This document shows positions 47,534-56,405 of a stretch of 64,000 nucleotides of DNA, piece after piece. Made by a program: the position numbers and the translations under genes. Position 1 is the stretch's first letter, and each line of letters begins with the position of its first letter. The stretch is from a bacterium (GTDB lineage: Bacteria; UBA8248). The notes below the pieces were generated by a model. It saw only the letters and a list, made by a program, of their open reading frames with translations. It was not told where the DNA came from and searched no databases. The stretch lies in contig OZ241326.1 in assembly GCA_965199855.1 (NCBI GenBank), forward strand, positions 2,979,535 to 3,043,534. Reading direction: 5' to 3'.

Positions 47534-48475
47534 ATGCCCCTCGTCAGCGTCGTGATGCCCGCCTACAACCAGGGCGCCTTCATCGGCGAGGCGATTCGTT
47601 CCGTCCTGAAGCAGACGTTCGAGGATTTCGACCTCCACGTCATCGACGACGGCTCGACCGACGGCACGCCGGAGGTCGTCAAATCGTTCGACGACGCGAG
47701 GCTGCGCTATTTCCGGCAGGAGAACAGCGGCCTGTCCGCGGCGCGCAACGCCGGCATCGCCCGCTCGAGGGGAGAATTCATCGCCTTTCTGGATTCGGAC
47801 GACCTATGGCTCCCCGACAAGCTGGAGCGTCAGGTGAGGGCCATGCGGGCGAACCCGAACTGCGGAATCGTCGCCTGCAACTTTCGATGCGTGGGCGATC
47901 ACTCCTTCGTGGACAAGGCTTTTCTGCGAAGCAACGTTCCCACCGGCAAGGTGTTCGAGAAGCTGCTCCACACGGGCTTCATCCTTCCGTCCATGGCGAT
48001 GGCGCGCCGCGCCGCGCTTGAAAAGGTGGGACTGTTCGATACGGATCTGAGGCGCTGCGAGGATTACGACATGTGGCTGAGAATCACCCATGACTTTGAA
48101 TTCGAGTACGTGGAGCAGGTCGGCGGCCTCTACAGAATACACGCGGCGAGCATGACGAAGGGCGCCGACCCGTTTGAATGGCTCGTCCCCGCCATTCGCG
48201 TCGTGGAGAAAATCTGCGAGACGCATCGTCTCCCGCGGAAACTCGCGGACTCCGCGCTGGCCGTTCACTACGCGCGCCTGGCGTTTCACTGCATGCGCGC
48301 GGGCGACGCGAAAGCGTTTCGGGAGGCCGCCCGGCGGAGCGCCGGGTGCCGCATGACCGTCCCGCTCGCCGGCATCCTGCTGGGGCGCGCCCTGCTGGGG
48401 GCGAAAGGGCTCGTCCGGCTTTTTGACTTCCTCCGCTCCCGGGGCTTCGGGCTTCCCCACACCTACCGGCGCTGA
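47534..48475 (+). CDS. Glycosyltransferase family 2 (paralog of the upstream gene)
   Basis: ATG after GGAGG; VSVVMPAYN, IDDGSTD, ARNAGI, FLDSDDLW, EDYDMW. Confidence 0.88.
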   Translation: MPLVSVVMPAYNQGAFIGEAIRSVLKQTFEDFDLHVIDDGSTDGTPEVVKSFDDARLRYFRQENSGLSAARNAGIARSRGEFIAFLDSDDLWLPDKLERQVRAMRANPNCGIVACNFRCVGDHSFVDKAFLRSNVPTGKVFEKLLHTGFILPSMAMARRAALEKVGLFDTDLRRCEDYDMWLRITHDFEFEYVEQVGGLYRIHAASMTKGADPFEWLVPAIRVVEKICETHRLPRKLADSALAVHYARLAFHCMRAGDAKAFREAARRSAGCRMTVPLAGILLGRALLGAKGLVRLFDFLRSRGFGLPHTYRR

Positions 48476-48572
48476 AATCCGCGCGGCGACGCGAAAGCCC
48501 GGCCACCATTCGCCCCGCCCCGCAAAGCGGCCAAGGCTCAATCTTCGCGCGCCCGTCAGGGAGTTTTCAAGA

Positions 48573-49343
48573 GTGAAAGTCGTCATCCTCTGCGGCGGCG
48601 CGGGCCGCCGCCTGGAGCAGGAAACCGAAGCCAGGCCCAAGCCCATGGTGCCGGTGGGCGGGGCACCCATCCTGCTTCAAATCATGGAGACGTACGCGCG
48701 CCGCGGCTACTGCGACTTCATCCTGTGCCTCGGCTACAAGGGAGAGATGATCAAGGACTACTTCCTCAACCACGAATACCTGACGAACGACATCACCATC
48801 GACCTGAAAACCGGGGAGGCGATCGTCCATCGCGGCTCTCCCCGCCTCGACTGGCGGGTGAGCCTGATTGACACCGGGCCCGCCGCGGAGACGGGAGCGC
48901 GCCTGAAGAGGGTGGAGCCCTACATCGATTCGGATCCGTTCATGCTGACGTACGGAGACGGCCTCACCGACCTGGACATCTCCGCGGTGGAGGCGTTTCA
49001 CGGAAAGCACGGAAAAATCGGGACGGTGACCGGCGTCCGCCCGCCGTCGCGCTACGGCGAACTCGCGATAGAAGGCGATCAGGTAAAGACGTTCCAGGAG
49101 AAGCCGACCGCCGCGAGCGACATGATCAACGGCGGCTACTTCGTCTTTTCCCGAAAATTCCTGGAATATCTGGACGATGACGTCCGGTGCGTTCTCGAGC
49201 GCGCTCCGCTCGAGCGGCTCGCGCGGGACGGGGAGCTGCGGGTATTTCGCCATGAAGGATTCTGGCAGTGCATGGATACGCCGCGCGACCTGGAGTATCT
49301 GAACTCCCTGGCCAAGCGTCCCGTGCCGCCATGGAAAACATGA
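48573..49343 (+). CDS. rfbF: Glucose-1-phosphate cytidylyltransferase
   Basis: VVILCGG.G.RL, PKPMV, CLGYKG..IKDYF, DTG....TGARL, TYGDG, INGGYF, GFWQCMDT.RD. Confidence 0.9.
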   Translation: MKVVILCGGAGRRLEQETEARPKPMVPVGGAPILLQIMETYARRGYCDFILCLGYKGEMIKDYFLNHEYLTNDITIDLKTGEAIVHRGSPRLDWRVSLIDTGPAAETGARLKRVEPYIDSDPFMLTYGDGLTDLDISAVEAFHGKHGKIGTVTGVRPPSRYGELAIEGDQVKTFQEKPTAASDMINGGYFVFSRKFLEYLDDDVRCVLERAPLERLARDGELRVFRHEGFWQCMDTPRDLEYLNSLAKRPVPPWKT

Positions 49344-49456
49344 AGCGAAGCGGCCGCCGCGCGTGAGAAGCCCGCCTCATTCGGACTTCGGGAGAAGCGG
49401 CCCGACAAGAGGGAGGAATTGCCCGCCGCGGTCTGAAGGCGGCCGCGGCCTTTCGC

Positions 49457-49717
49457 CTAGACCTTCCCGCCGCGCTTTCTGATGTCGGCGACGACCCTGG
49501 ATACGCCGCGCTTGGCGATGATCTTGAGGCCGCGCGCGGAGACGCGGAGCTTCACCCAGCGCTTCTCCTCGGGCAGGTAGAAGCGCTTCACGTGCAGGTT
49601 CGCCTCGAAGCGCCTCCTCGTCTTCTTGTGCGAATGGGAGACGCTGTTGCCGTACATCACGCTCTTGCCGGTGATGGCGCACCGCTTGCGCGCCACCGGA
49701 TTCCTGGCGGTCTTCAT
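49457..49717 (-). CDS. rpmB: 50S ribosomal protein L28
   Basis: C.ITGK....GN.VSHSH.KTRRRF..NL...RFYLPEE.RWVKLRVSA.G. Confidence 0.93.
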   Translation of the reverse strand: MKTARNPVARKRCAITGKSVMYGNSVSHSHKKTRRRFEANLHVKRFYLPEEKRWVKLRVSARGLKIIAKRGVSRVVADIRKRGGKV

Positions 49718-49867
49718 CTACCTGGTCTCCCGAAACGGCTGGTGGCTGCGGCAGAACCGGCAATACTTCCTGAATTCGAGCCGGTCCGGCGTGCTGCGCT
49801 TGTTCTTGGTCGTGGCGTAGCGCATCTTTTTGCAGGTCGTGCACTCGAGCTGAACGTTCTCGCGCAT
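49718..49867 (-). CDS. rpmG: 50S ribosomal protein L33 (Zn-ribbon type, 49 aa; absent from ORF track)
   Basis: MRENVQLECTTCKKMRYATTKNKRSTPDRLEFRKYCRFCRSHQPFRETR. Confidence 0.93.
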   Translation of the reverse strand: MRENVQLECTTCKKMRYATTKNKRSTPDRLEFRKYCRFCRSHQPFRETR

Positions 49868-50079
49868 TCCGAAACCTCATCCGGAATCAACGCCGCAGGG
49901 GGCGTTCGCCCCCGCGGGGTCGAAAAGAAGGCGCGAGCATAGCCAAGGCCGCGAAAAAAGGCAAGCCGCGGCGGTATTTTCTTCCGCGCCGATGCGCTAG
50001 AATCCCCGCGTCCGGAATCAGCCGGGGCGCGGAGGCGCGCGAAGCGTCCGCAGACCCGCACAGCGAAGGAGAAGGCGCC

Positions 50080-50967
50080 GTGCCGAAAATCGTCGCGTAT
50101 CTGGGGCTGGGCACCATGGGCGGCGCCATGGCCGCCAACCTCCTGAAGGCGGGCTTCGAGGTTCGCGGGTTCGACCCCTCCCCCGAGGCCCGCGCCCGGG
50201 CGGAGGAGGCGGGCGCGAGGACCTTCGGCTCCCCGGCCGAGGCCGCGGCGGAGGCCGCCGTCATCTGCTCGTCGGTGCCCGAAACCGAAGACGTCGCCGA
50301 CGCCTACCTCGGAGAGAAGGGGGCGCTCCTCGCCGCCGGGGAGGGCGTCGTCTGCTTCGACTTCTCGACCATCGCCCCCGCCGGCAGCCGGGACATAGCG
50401 GCGCGGGCGGCGGAGAAGGGCGCGATATTCCTCGACACGCCCGTGAGCGGGAGCGCGCCCAGCGCGATCAGCGCGGAGCTGAACGTGATGGTGGGCGGCG
50501 ACGCGGCGGCGATGGAGCGGCACCGCGACGTGCTCGAAGCCGTCTCCGAGTCCGTCCACCGCTTCGGCGGAAACGGCGCGGGGCTGCGCATGAAGCTCGT
50601 GGCGAACCAGATCGTCTCGGTGTTCCTCTCCGTGGTGTCGGAGGGGCTCACCCTCGGGGAGCGCGCGGGACTCGACCCCGTGGAGATGATGGAGTATCTG
50701 AAGTCCGCCTCGATCCCGAAGATCCTGGGCATCAAGGGCCCCGCCCTAGCGCGGCGCGACTATACGCCCTACTTCAAGGTCGATCTGATGCGGAAGGACC
50801 TGCGCCTCGTCTCCGAGATGGCCGACGACGCGACGACGCCCGCCCCCTTCGCCGCCCTGGCGCGGCAGGTATTCGTCGCCGCCTCCGCCATGGGCTTCGG
50901 CGAGGCGGACCAGAACGCCGTGCGCGAGTTCTTCGACAAGACGGCGGGCCTGGGCGGCCGAGCCTGA
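50080..50967 (+). CDS. NAD(P)-dependent beta-hydroxyacid dehydrogenase
   Basis: YLGLGTMGGAMA, FST, LDTPVSG, MVGG, KLVANQ, KDL. Confidence 0.87.
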   Translation: MPKIVAYLGLGTMGGAMAANLLKAGFEVRGFDPSPEARARAEEAGARTFGSPAEAAAEAAVICSSVPETEDVADAYLGEKGALLAAGEGVVCFDFSTIAPAGSRDIAARAAEKGAIFLDTPVSGSAPSAISAELNVMVGGDAAAMERHRDVLEAVSESVHRFGGNGAGLRMKLVANQIVSVFLSVVSEGLTLGERAGLDPVEMMEYLKSASIPKILGIKGPALARRDYTPYFKVDLMRKDLRLVSEMADDATTPAPFAALARQVFVAASAMGFGEADQNAVREFFDKTAGLGGRA

Positions 50968-50974
50968 GCGGCCC

Positions 50975-51964
50975 TCAGGTCCGCTTCTTGAAAAACCCCT
51001 CGACGGGCAGCTCCGCCCCCGCGCCCCGCTCTTTGGCGCGGCAGTAGATTTCCGCGCCCAGCGCCACGTCCTCTATGGCGACGCCCTGGCTCAGGAACAG
51101 GTTGATCTCCTCATCCGAGGCGCGCCCGGGCATGACGCCCGCCGCGATCAGCCCGATCTCCGATACCTGCCCCCAATGGATGGCGTTCGCGCGCGCGGCG
51201 CCCGCCAGATCCCCGCTCTCGAATTCGGCGCCCTCGAGGCTGTCCGTCACGATTCGGCCCGCCGCCGCGCGCCGGAAGGTCTCATCGTCCAGCTCCCGGT
51301 GCGTGGCGCGGTTCGACCCCGCCGCGATGACGGTCGTCCCCGGCGACAGGTCGGCTCCGTCGAACACGGGCTCGCGCGCCGTGGTGATGGCGCACACGAT
51401 GCGCGATTCCCGCACCGCCTCGCTCGCCGATTCCACGGGTTCGAGCTCCGCCTCCACCCTCCCGCGCATCGCGCCGACGAATTTCTCCCGCTTCTCGGCG
51501 CTTCGGCTATAGACCTTCACGACCTCGAGCCTCCGCGCCCGGCAGAGGGCCTCCAGCTGCGCCCGCGCCTGCCAGCCCGTGCCGATGAGGCCGGCGCGCC
51601 TCGCGTCCTCGCGCGCCATGTATTTCGCGGCCACCCCGCTCGCCGCCCCGGTGCGCAGCTGCCCCAGGACGTTCGCCTCGATGAGCGCCAGCATCTCCGA
51701 GGTGTTCGCGTCCCAGAGCAGGAAGATGAAGCGGACGCCGACGCCCGGAAACGTGGTGTAGGCCTTGAGGCCCAGATAGCCCTCCTCGCCATCCACCACC
51801 CCGCCGAACATGACGTGCAGCGTCCCCTTCGGGACGAAGGCCCGCCGCCGCGGCTGGTTCGGCGCGCGCCCCTCCCCCTGCGCCCTGAAGCATTTCTCCA
51901 CCGCGTCCATCGCGTCGGACATGTCCACCAGTTCCTTCACGTCGGATTCACTCAGATAAAGCAA
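50975..51964 (-). CDS. Ornithine cyclodeaminase/mu-crystallin family protein
   Basis: GLK, LRTGAASGVA.KY.AR, IGTGWQA..Q, ELD, SQGVAIED. Confidence 0.87.
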   Translation of the reverse strand: MLYLSESDVKELVDMSDAMDAVEKCFRAQGEGRAPNQPRRRAFVPKGTLHVMFGGVVDGEEGYLGLKAYTTFPGVGVRFIFLLWDANTSEMLALIEANVLGQLRTGAASGVAAKYMAREDARRAGLIGTGWQARAQLEALCRARRLEVVKVYSRSAEKREKFVGAMRGRVEAELEPVESASEAVRESRIVCAITTAREPVFDGADLSPGTTVIAAGSNRATHRELDDETFRRAAAGRIVTDSLEGAEFESGDLAGAARANAIHWGQVSEIGLIAAGVMPGRASDEEINLFLSQGVAIEDVALGAEIYCRAKERGAGAELPVEGFFKKRT

Positions 51965-52010
51965 CGTCCCTCTCTCCTTTCCGTTCGGGGTTCATGGAAG
52001 CCGCGAGCCG

Positions 52011-53254
52011 TCACGCGAAGGCGGCGGCGCAGAAGGTGACCGTCCCGTTCGGGTCCGGCCACTGCGCGTAGCGAAGCGTCTCCCCCTCGCATCCGTCCAG
52101 AGCGCGCAGCATGGCATAGACGGGCGCAGGCCGCACACCCGCCTCGCGTCCCCATCCTCGGCCACGCTCCAGTAGAACGCCTCGGCGTCCCCGCGGCGCG
52201 CCGCCTCCAGGGATTCCGCGTCCGCCCGCGCGAGCGCCTCGAGCCGCGCCGCATCGACGGGCGCCTCATCGCCGAACCGGGGGCCGACATGGGCGAGGTC
52301 CGCGCTCGCCATCAGGCAGACTCTCCGCCCCTCCCGCTCGCGTTCGGCCATCGCCTCCTTGAGCGCGGCGATGAAGCCCTCCACCTCCGCGTCGCCCCGG
52401 GGGGATTCTCCCCGAGCGACGAACGCGCCGAACGACCCGACCAGGACGGGAGCGAAGCGGACGCGCCGCGCGCCCGCGAAGAGATATTGCAGAAAAACCG
52501 CCTGGAATTCGAGCGCGTGCTCGGCGCGGTGGACGAACTCATCCCGAAAGGCGTCCGCCCCCAGCCGGCGCGAGAGCGCGTCCACGAACTCCGCGTCCGT
52601 CTCCAGCGTCCCCAGCGGCGTTTCAAAGGATTTGCGGGTGAGGCTCCAGAGTCCCCGCGTCGGCGCGTGCGCCGTTCCCAGGACGACGAACAAGTCGGCG
52701 GCGGCGCGCTCGGCGACGGCCTTGTAGGCCCACGCGAAGACGGAGCCTCCGCGCTGAAAGTCGATGTGCGGGGCGATCACCCCCCGAAGCGGCGCGGCGG
52801 GGGCGGCGCGATTCGCCGAGGGCATCCCGGGGCCGTCCTCCGCCGCGAAGAAGCCGTCCATTCGCGCGCGCAGCCGCGCGGGGTCGGCCTCGTAGCTCTT
52901 GCCCGCCAGAAAAGCCGGACGCGAGGGAGCGCGCAGGAAGGCGTCCTTGAGCGACGCGCTCCAGGAGGCGAAGCTCTCGCCTTCGAGGAAGCGCGCCTCC
53001 TCGAGCCGCGAGACGACGGCGCGGAAATCCTCCTCCGAGAGGCGCGCCCCATGCAGGGCGGCGCACTCCTCCCGTATGGCCTCGAAGTCGTGGCGTCCGT
53101 CCAGCCGCTGCAGCACGGGAACCAGAGGCATGGGGACGAGAAGGACATCCTCGCTCAGTCGGAGCGGATCCCGCAGCATCAAGGCCCTCCGGCCCTCATG
53201 GTTCACGGGGACGGCCTCAATGGGACGCAGCTTGAATCGCGCCGGCTCCGCCAT
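52011..53254 (-). pseudogene. amrB: AmmeMemoRadiSam system protein B (MEMO1-like) with a 1-nt frameshift near the C-terminus (possibly a sequencing error)
   Basis: IAPHID, LGTAH, EHALEFQ, ASADLAHVGPRFGD, RVCGL; adding 1 nt at about 52127 gives APVYAMLRALDGCEGETLRYAQWPDPNGTVTFCAAAFA*. Confidence 0.75.
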
Positions 53255-53257
53255 CCC

Positions 53258-54466
53258 TCACCCTCCGTCCAGGTCGGCGCGCCGCCCGAAGAACGGAACG
53301 AACACCGCCGCCGAGATCGCCAGCCCCGCCAGCGCGTAGAAGCCGGGGGCGAACGAGCCGGCCCAGTCCCTTACCGCGCCGATCGCCCAGGGGCCGACGA
53401 ACCCGCCCAGATAGCCCATGCCGATGATCAGGCCGCCCGCCTGGCCCACCCGCGCCCTCTCCACGTATTGGGCGGGCCATGACAGGCAGAACAGATACCA
53501 GCAGTTGAGCACCCAGCCCAGCGCGGCGACGCCCGCCGCGGCGGCCCACGAGTCTCCCCCCGAAGTCAGGACGAGGGCGGCGGCGGCGAGAAGCGCGCAC
53601 GCGAGCACGGCCATCCTCTCGCCGCCCAGGGCCGCCGCCGTTCGATGCGCCGTCAGCGAGGCGGGAACGCCGAGCCAGGAGACGCTCGACACGAGCAGGG
53701 CGGCGTCCGCCCGCGTCCAGCCCTTGCCCGCCAGCGCCGTGGGCAGCCAGCCCAGACTCGTGTAGAAGACGACGCTGTTGATGAACAGGGAGGCGCCGAC
53801 CGCCCAGACGACGGGCATCCGATACGCCGCGCCGCCCTTCGCCGAGGGAGATTCGAGGCGAGCCTCCTCCGCGATAGCGCCCGCGCTGCCTCGCCAGACG
53901 GCGAACGCCGCGAGCAGGATGATCGCCCAGACCAGATAGCCGCCGCGCCAGACGCTCCCTCCCCAGGCGGCGGGCAGCGCGCCCGCGGCGGGCGCCATCC
54001 AGTGCGACGCCGCGACGCCCGAACCCGCCCCCGCGGTGATGGCCGCCGTGTAGAGGGCGGAGCCGAACTCCTTGCGCTCGGCGGGGAGGATGGAGGCCGC
54101 CACCTTCGGCATGACGGGAAACACCAGGCCCGTGCCGGCGCCCACGAGCGCGATGCCCGAGGCGAGCGTCCAGAAACTCCCGCCCAGGACGCGGACGGCG
54201 CCGCCCAGCAGGGCGAAGGAGACGCCGATCGAGACGATTTTCCGCACGCCCAGCCGATCCACCAGCCGTCCGCCCGCGACGGCGAAAAGGGCGATCACCG
54301 GAAACGGGACGGACAGCAGGAAGCCGCCCGCGCCGTAGGAGAGGCCCAGGTCGTCCCGGATGAAGCCGATGAGCCCGCTCGTCGAGACGAGCGAGCCGAA
54401 GATCGCGAAGATGACGAAGCAGGCGGCGCCCAGAATGGCGCGCCAGCGCGGGTTCTCCTCCCTCAT
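53258..54466 (-). CDS. MFS transporter (CynX-like)
   Basis: ATGA overlap with the upstream stop; about 12 hydrophobic helices; GRLVDRLGVRK motif A; WLPT; GFVGP..IG..RD..GSF. Confidence 0.82.
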   Translation of the reverse strand: MREENPRWRAILGAACFVIFAIFGSLVSTSGLIGFIRDDLGLSYGAGGFLLSVPFPVIALFAVAGGRLVDRLGVRKIVSIGVSFALLGGAVRVLGGSFWTLASGIALVGAGTGLVFPVMPKVAASILPAERKEFGSALYTAAITAGAGSGVAASHWMAPAAGALPAAWGGSVWRGGYLVWAIILLAAFAVWRGSAGAIAEEARLESPSAKGGAAYRMPVVWAVGASLFINSVVFYTSLGWLPTALAGKGWTRADAALLVSSVSWLGVPASLTAHRTAAALGGERMAVLACALLAAAALVLTSGGDSWAAAAGVAALGWVLNCWYLFCLSWPAQYVERARVGQAGGLIIGMGYLGGFVGPWAIGAVRDWAGSFAPGFYALAGLAISAAVFVPFFGRRADLDGG

Positions 54467-55416
54467 CCGCCAAGCCCCATCAGGCGCGCCGCGTTTCCCC
54501 CGAGCCATTTCTCCAGAACGGCCGGCTTGAGGGGAAGACTCCTCGCCTCCTCGAGAATTTCGCCCATGGACATCGGCAGAAGCGGCCAGTCGGTTCCGAA
54601 CAGCACCTTGTCCTGTATCGTGGAGTTTCCGAAGTGAAGGAGCATCTCCCAGCCGGAGCGCGGCGCGGCGAGATACTTCCACCTGTGGCCGGAGGGGTCG
54701 ATATACAGATTCGGGTGCCGCCAGGCGGCGGCGACCATCTCCGGCACCCAGGGCCAGCCGCCGTGGCCGGCGATGACCTTCAAATCCGGCATCTCGCCGC
54801 ACAGGCGATCCAGCGCGAGGGGCCTGCCCAGCTCCATCGGATGGGCGGGCGCCCAGTTCACGGAGGCGTGGATCCAGACGGGAACGTCCAGCTCGACGCA
54901 TTTTCTATAGATCGGCCGATACGCGGGAGCGTCGGCGGGCAGGCGATGCAGAAAGGGGACGAGGAGCGCCCCGCCCAGGCCGAGCTCGCGCGCGCCTCTC
55001 TCCAGGGTCGCCGCCGCGTCGTCCTTGTGCGGATCCACGCCCTGGAAGGCGAGAATCCGCTCCGGATGCGAAGCGACGGCGCGGGCGAGAACCTCCGGCG
55101 CGAGCGGGGAGACGCCGGTCGCGCTCTCCTGATCGATGCTGAAGACGACCGCCTTGTCGTAGCCCGCCTCATCGAGCATGGCGATGAACGCTTCCAGCGG
55201 CCTGCCGAGCCTCGCCGCGATTTCCTCGATCCAGGACCGGACTTCTCCCGGCGCCGCTTCCACCGCCCTGCGGCGAAACTCCTCCTCCCCGACGCCGCAA
55301 AAGGCGCTCAGCCCCCTGGCGAACATCCTGAAATAGCCGGGAATCGCGGCCCAGCCCTCCAGGCGCGCCCGGTAGGATTCGGCCACGGGCAGGAAGCTGC
55401 AGACGTCGATGATCAA
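54463..55416 (-). CDS. Amidohydrolase (amidohydro_2 family)
   Basis: TTG start after GGGAGGAG; VPVWIH, IAGHGGWPW, NLYID.S, KVLFGTDWP, LGGNAARL. Confidence 0.82.
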   Translation of the reverse strand: MIIDVCSFLPVAESYRARLEGWAAIPGYFRMFARGLSAFCGVGEEEFRRRAVEAAPGEVRSWIEEIAARLGRPLEAFIAMLDEAGYDKAVVFSIDQESATGVSPLAPEVLARAVASHPERILAFQGVDPHKDDAAATLERGARELGLGGALLVPFLHRLPADAPAYRPIYRKCVELDVPVWIHASVNWAPAHPMELGRPLALDRLCGEMPDLKVIAGHGGWPWVPEMVAAAWRHPNLYIDPSGHRWKYLAAPRSGWEMLLHFGNSTIQDKVLFGTDWPLLPMSMGEILEEARSLPLKPAVLEKWLGGNAARLMGLGG

Positions 55417-56405
55417 GGCGCTCCTCCCTGATGATGCCGGGGCGAAGCGGCGGCACCGGACATGAAGAAGCCGCTCTGGTCCAGCGTCAGCCGCGCCGCC
55501 CCCGCGCAGACGGCCAAGACGAAGAGAAGCGAGAGGGCGACCGCCCCGGCCGCGGGCGCGCTCCCCCGCCTGCGAAGCGCGCCCAGCAGCGACTCGACGA
55601 GCGCGACGACGCAGAGGAGTCCCAGGACGCACAGCGCGAGGAGGGGCCGCCCGCCCGCCGCCAGCGCCTCCTCGACGAAGCCTGCGCCGCGCAGCAGAAG
55701 CCAGCCCCCCGCCGCGCCGGCCTGCGCCAGGAAGAAGCACAGCGCGAACGCCGCGCCCAGCCGGACCAGCCGCGCCCCGCGCGCGGGCGTCGTCCGGCTC
55801 TCCCAGCGGAAGGCCCAGCCCCCGAGAGCCATGAGAGCGGCGCCGCCGACGGAAAGCGCCGAGAGCGAAAAATGAACCATCCCCCACCAGAAGGCGGGAA
55901 GCCCCAGAAAGAGCGCGGCGCCGCCGCCCTCCAGGAGCGTCGGGTCGGCGTTGGAAAGCGCGACCGCCCAGCCTATGCCGGCGCACGGGAGCAGCGCGGC
56001 GCCCGCCGCGGCCGGCGGCAGATGCGCGAGCCCGGGCCTCGCCCGCGGCGTCCCCCTGTGGCCGTGCGCGAACAGGAGCGCCGCGGCGCCGAGCAGCAGG
56101 AGCGGCAGCGCCCCCGCGGGCGCGCGCATCCCGACCAGGGCGTTGAAGAACGCGGGCGGATGGAGGACGGAGGCGAGCAGCAGGAGCGCCGCGCAGAAGA
56201 AGAGCAGGGGCATGAAGCAGGCCAGACAGAGGCGCGAGACGCGGCGCGCGGCTTCCGCGTCCTCCGGCCAGTTCTTTCGCCGGCCCCGGAAAGCCAGGCG
56301 CGCGGCGAACCACGGCAGCGAGGCGGCCGCGCCGGCGCACGCCCAAAGAGCGGCGCCGCACGCGACGAGGAGCCACGCGCCCGAGGGGGCGATGAGCGCA
56401 TTCAT
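55413..56405 (-). CDS. Polytopic membrane protein, probable second subunit of a cytochrome bd-like complex
   Basis: ATGA-coupled to the upstream gene; many TM helices; MVHFSLSALSVGG segment. Confidence 0.55.
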   Translation of the reverse strand: MNALIAPSGAWLLVACGAALWACAGAAASLPWFAARLAFRGRRKNWPEDAEAARRVSRLCLACFMPLLFFCAALLLLASVLHPPAFFNALVGMRAPAGALPLLLLGAAALLFAHGHRGTPRARPGLAHLPPAAAGAALLPCAGIGWAVALSNADPTLLEGGGAALFLGLPAFWWGMVHFSLSALSVGGAALMALGGWAFRWESRTTPARGARLVRLGAAFALCFFLAQAGAAGGWLLLRGAGFVEEALAAGGRPLLALCVLGLLCVVALVESLLGALRRRGSAPAAGAVALSLLFVLAVCAGAARLTLDQSGFFMSGAAASPRHHQGGAP

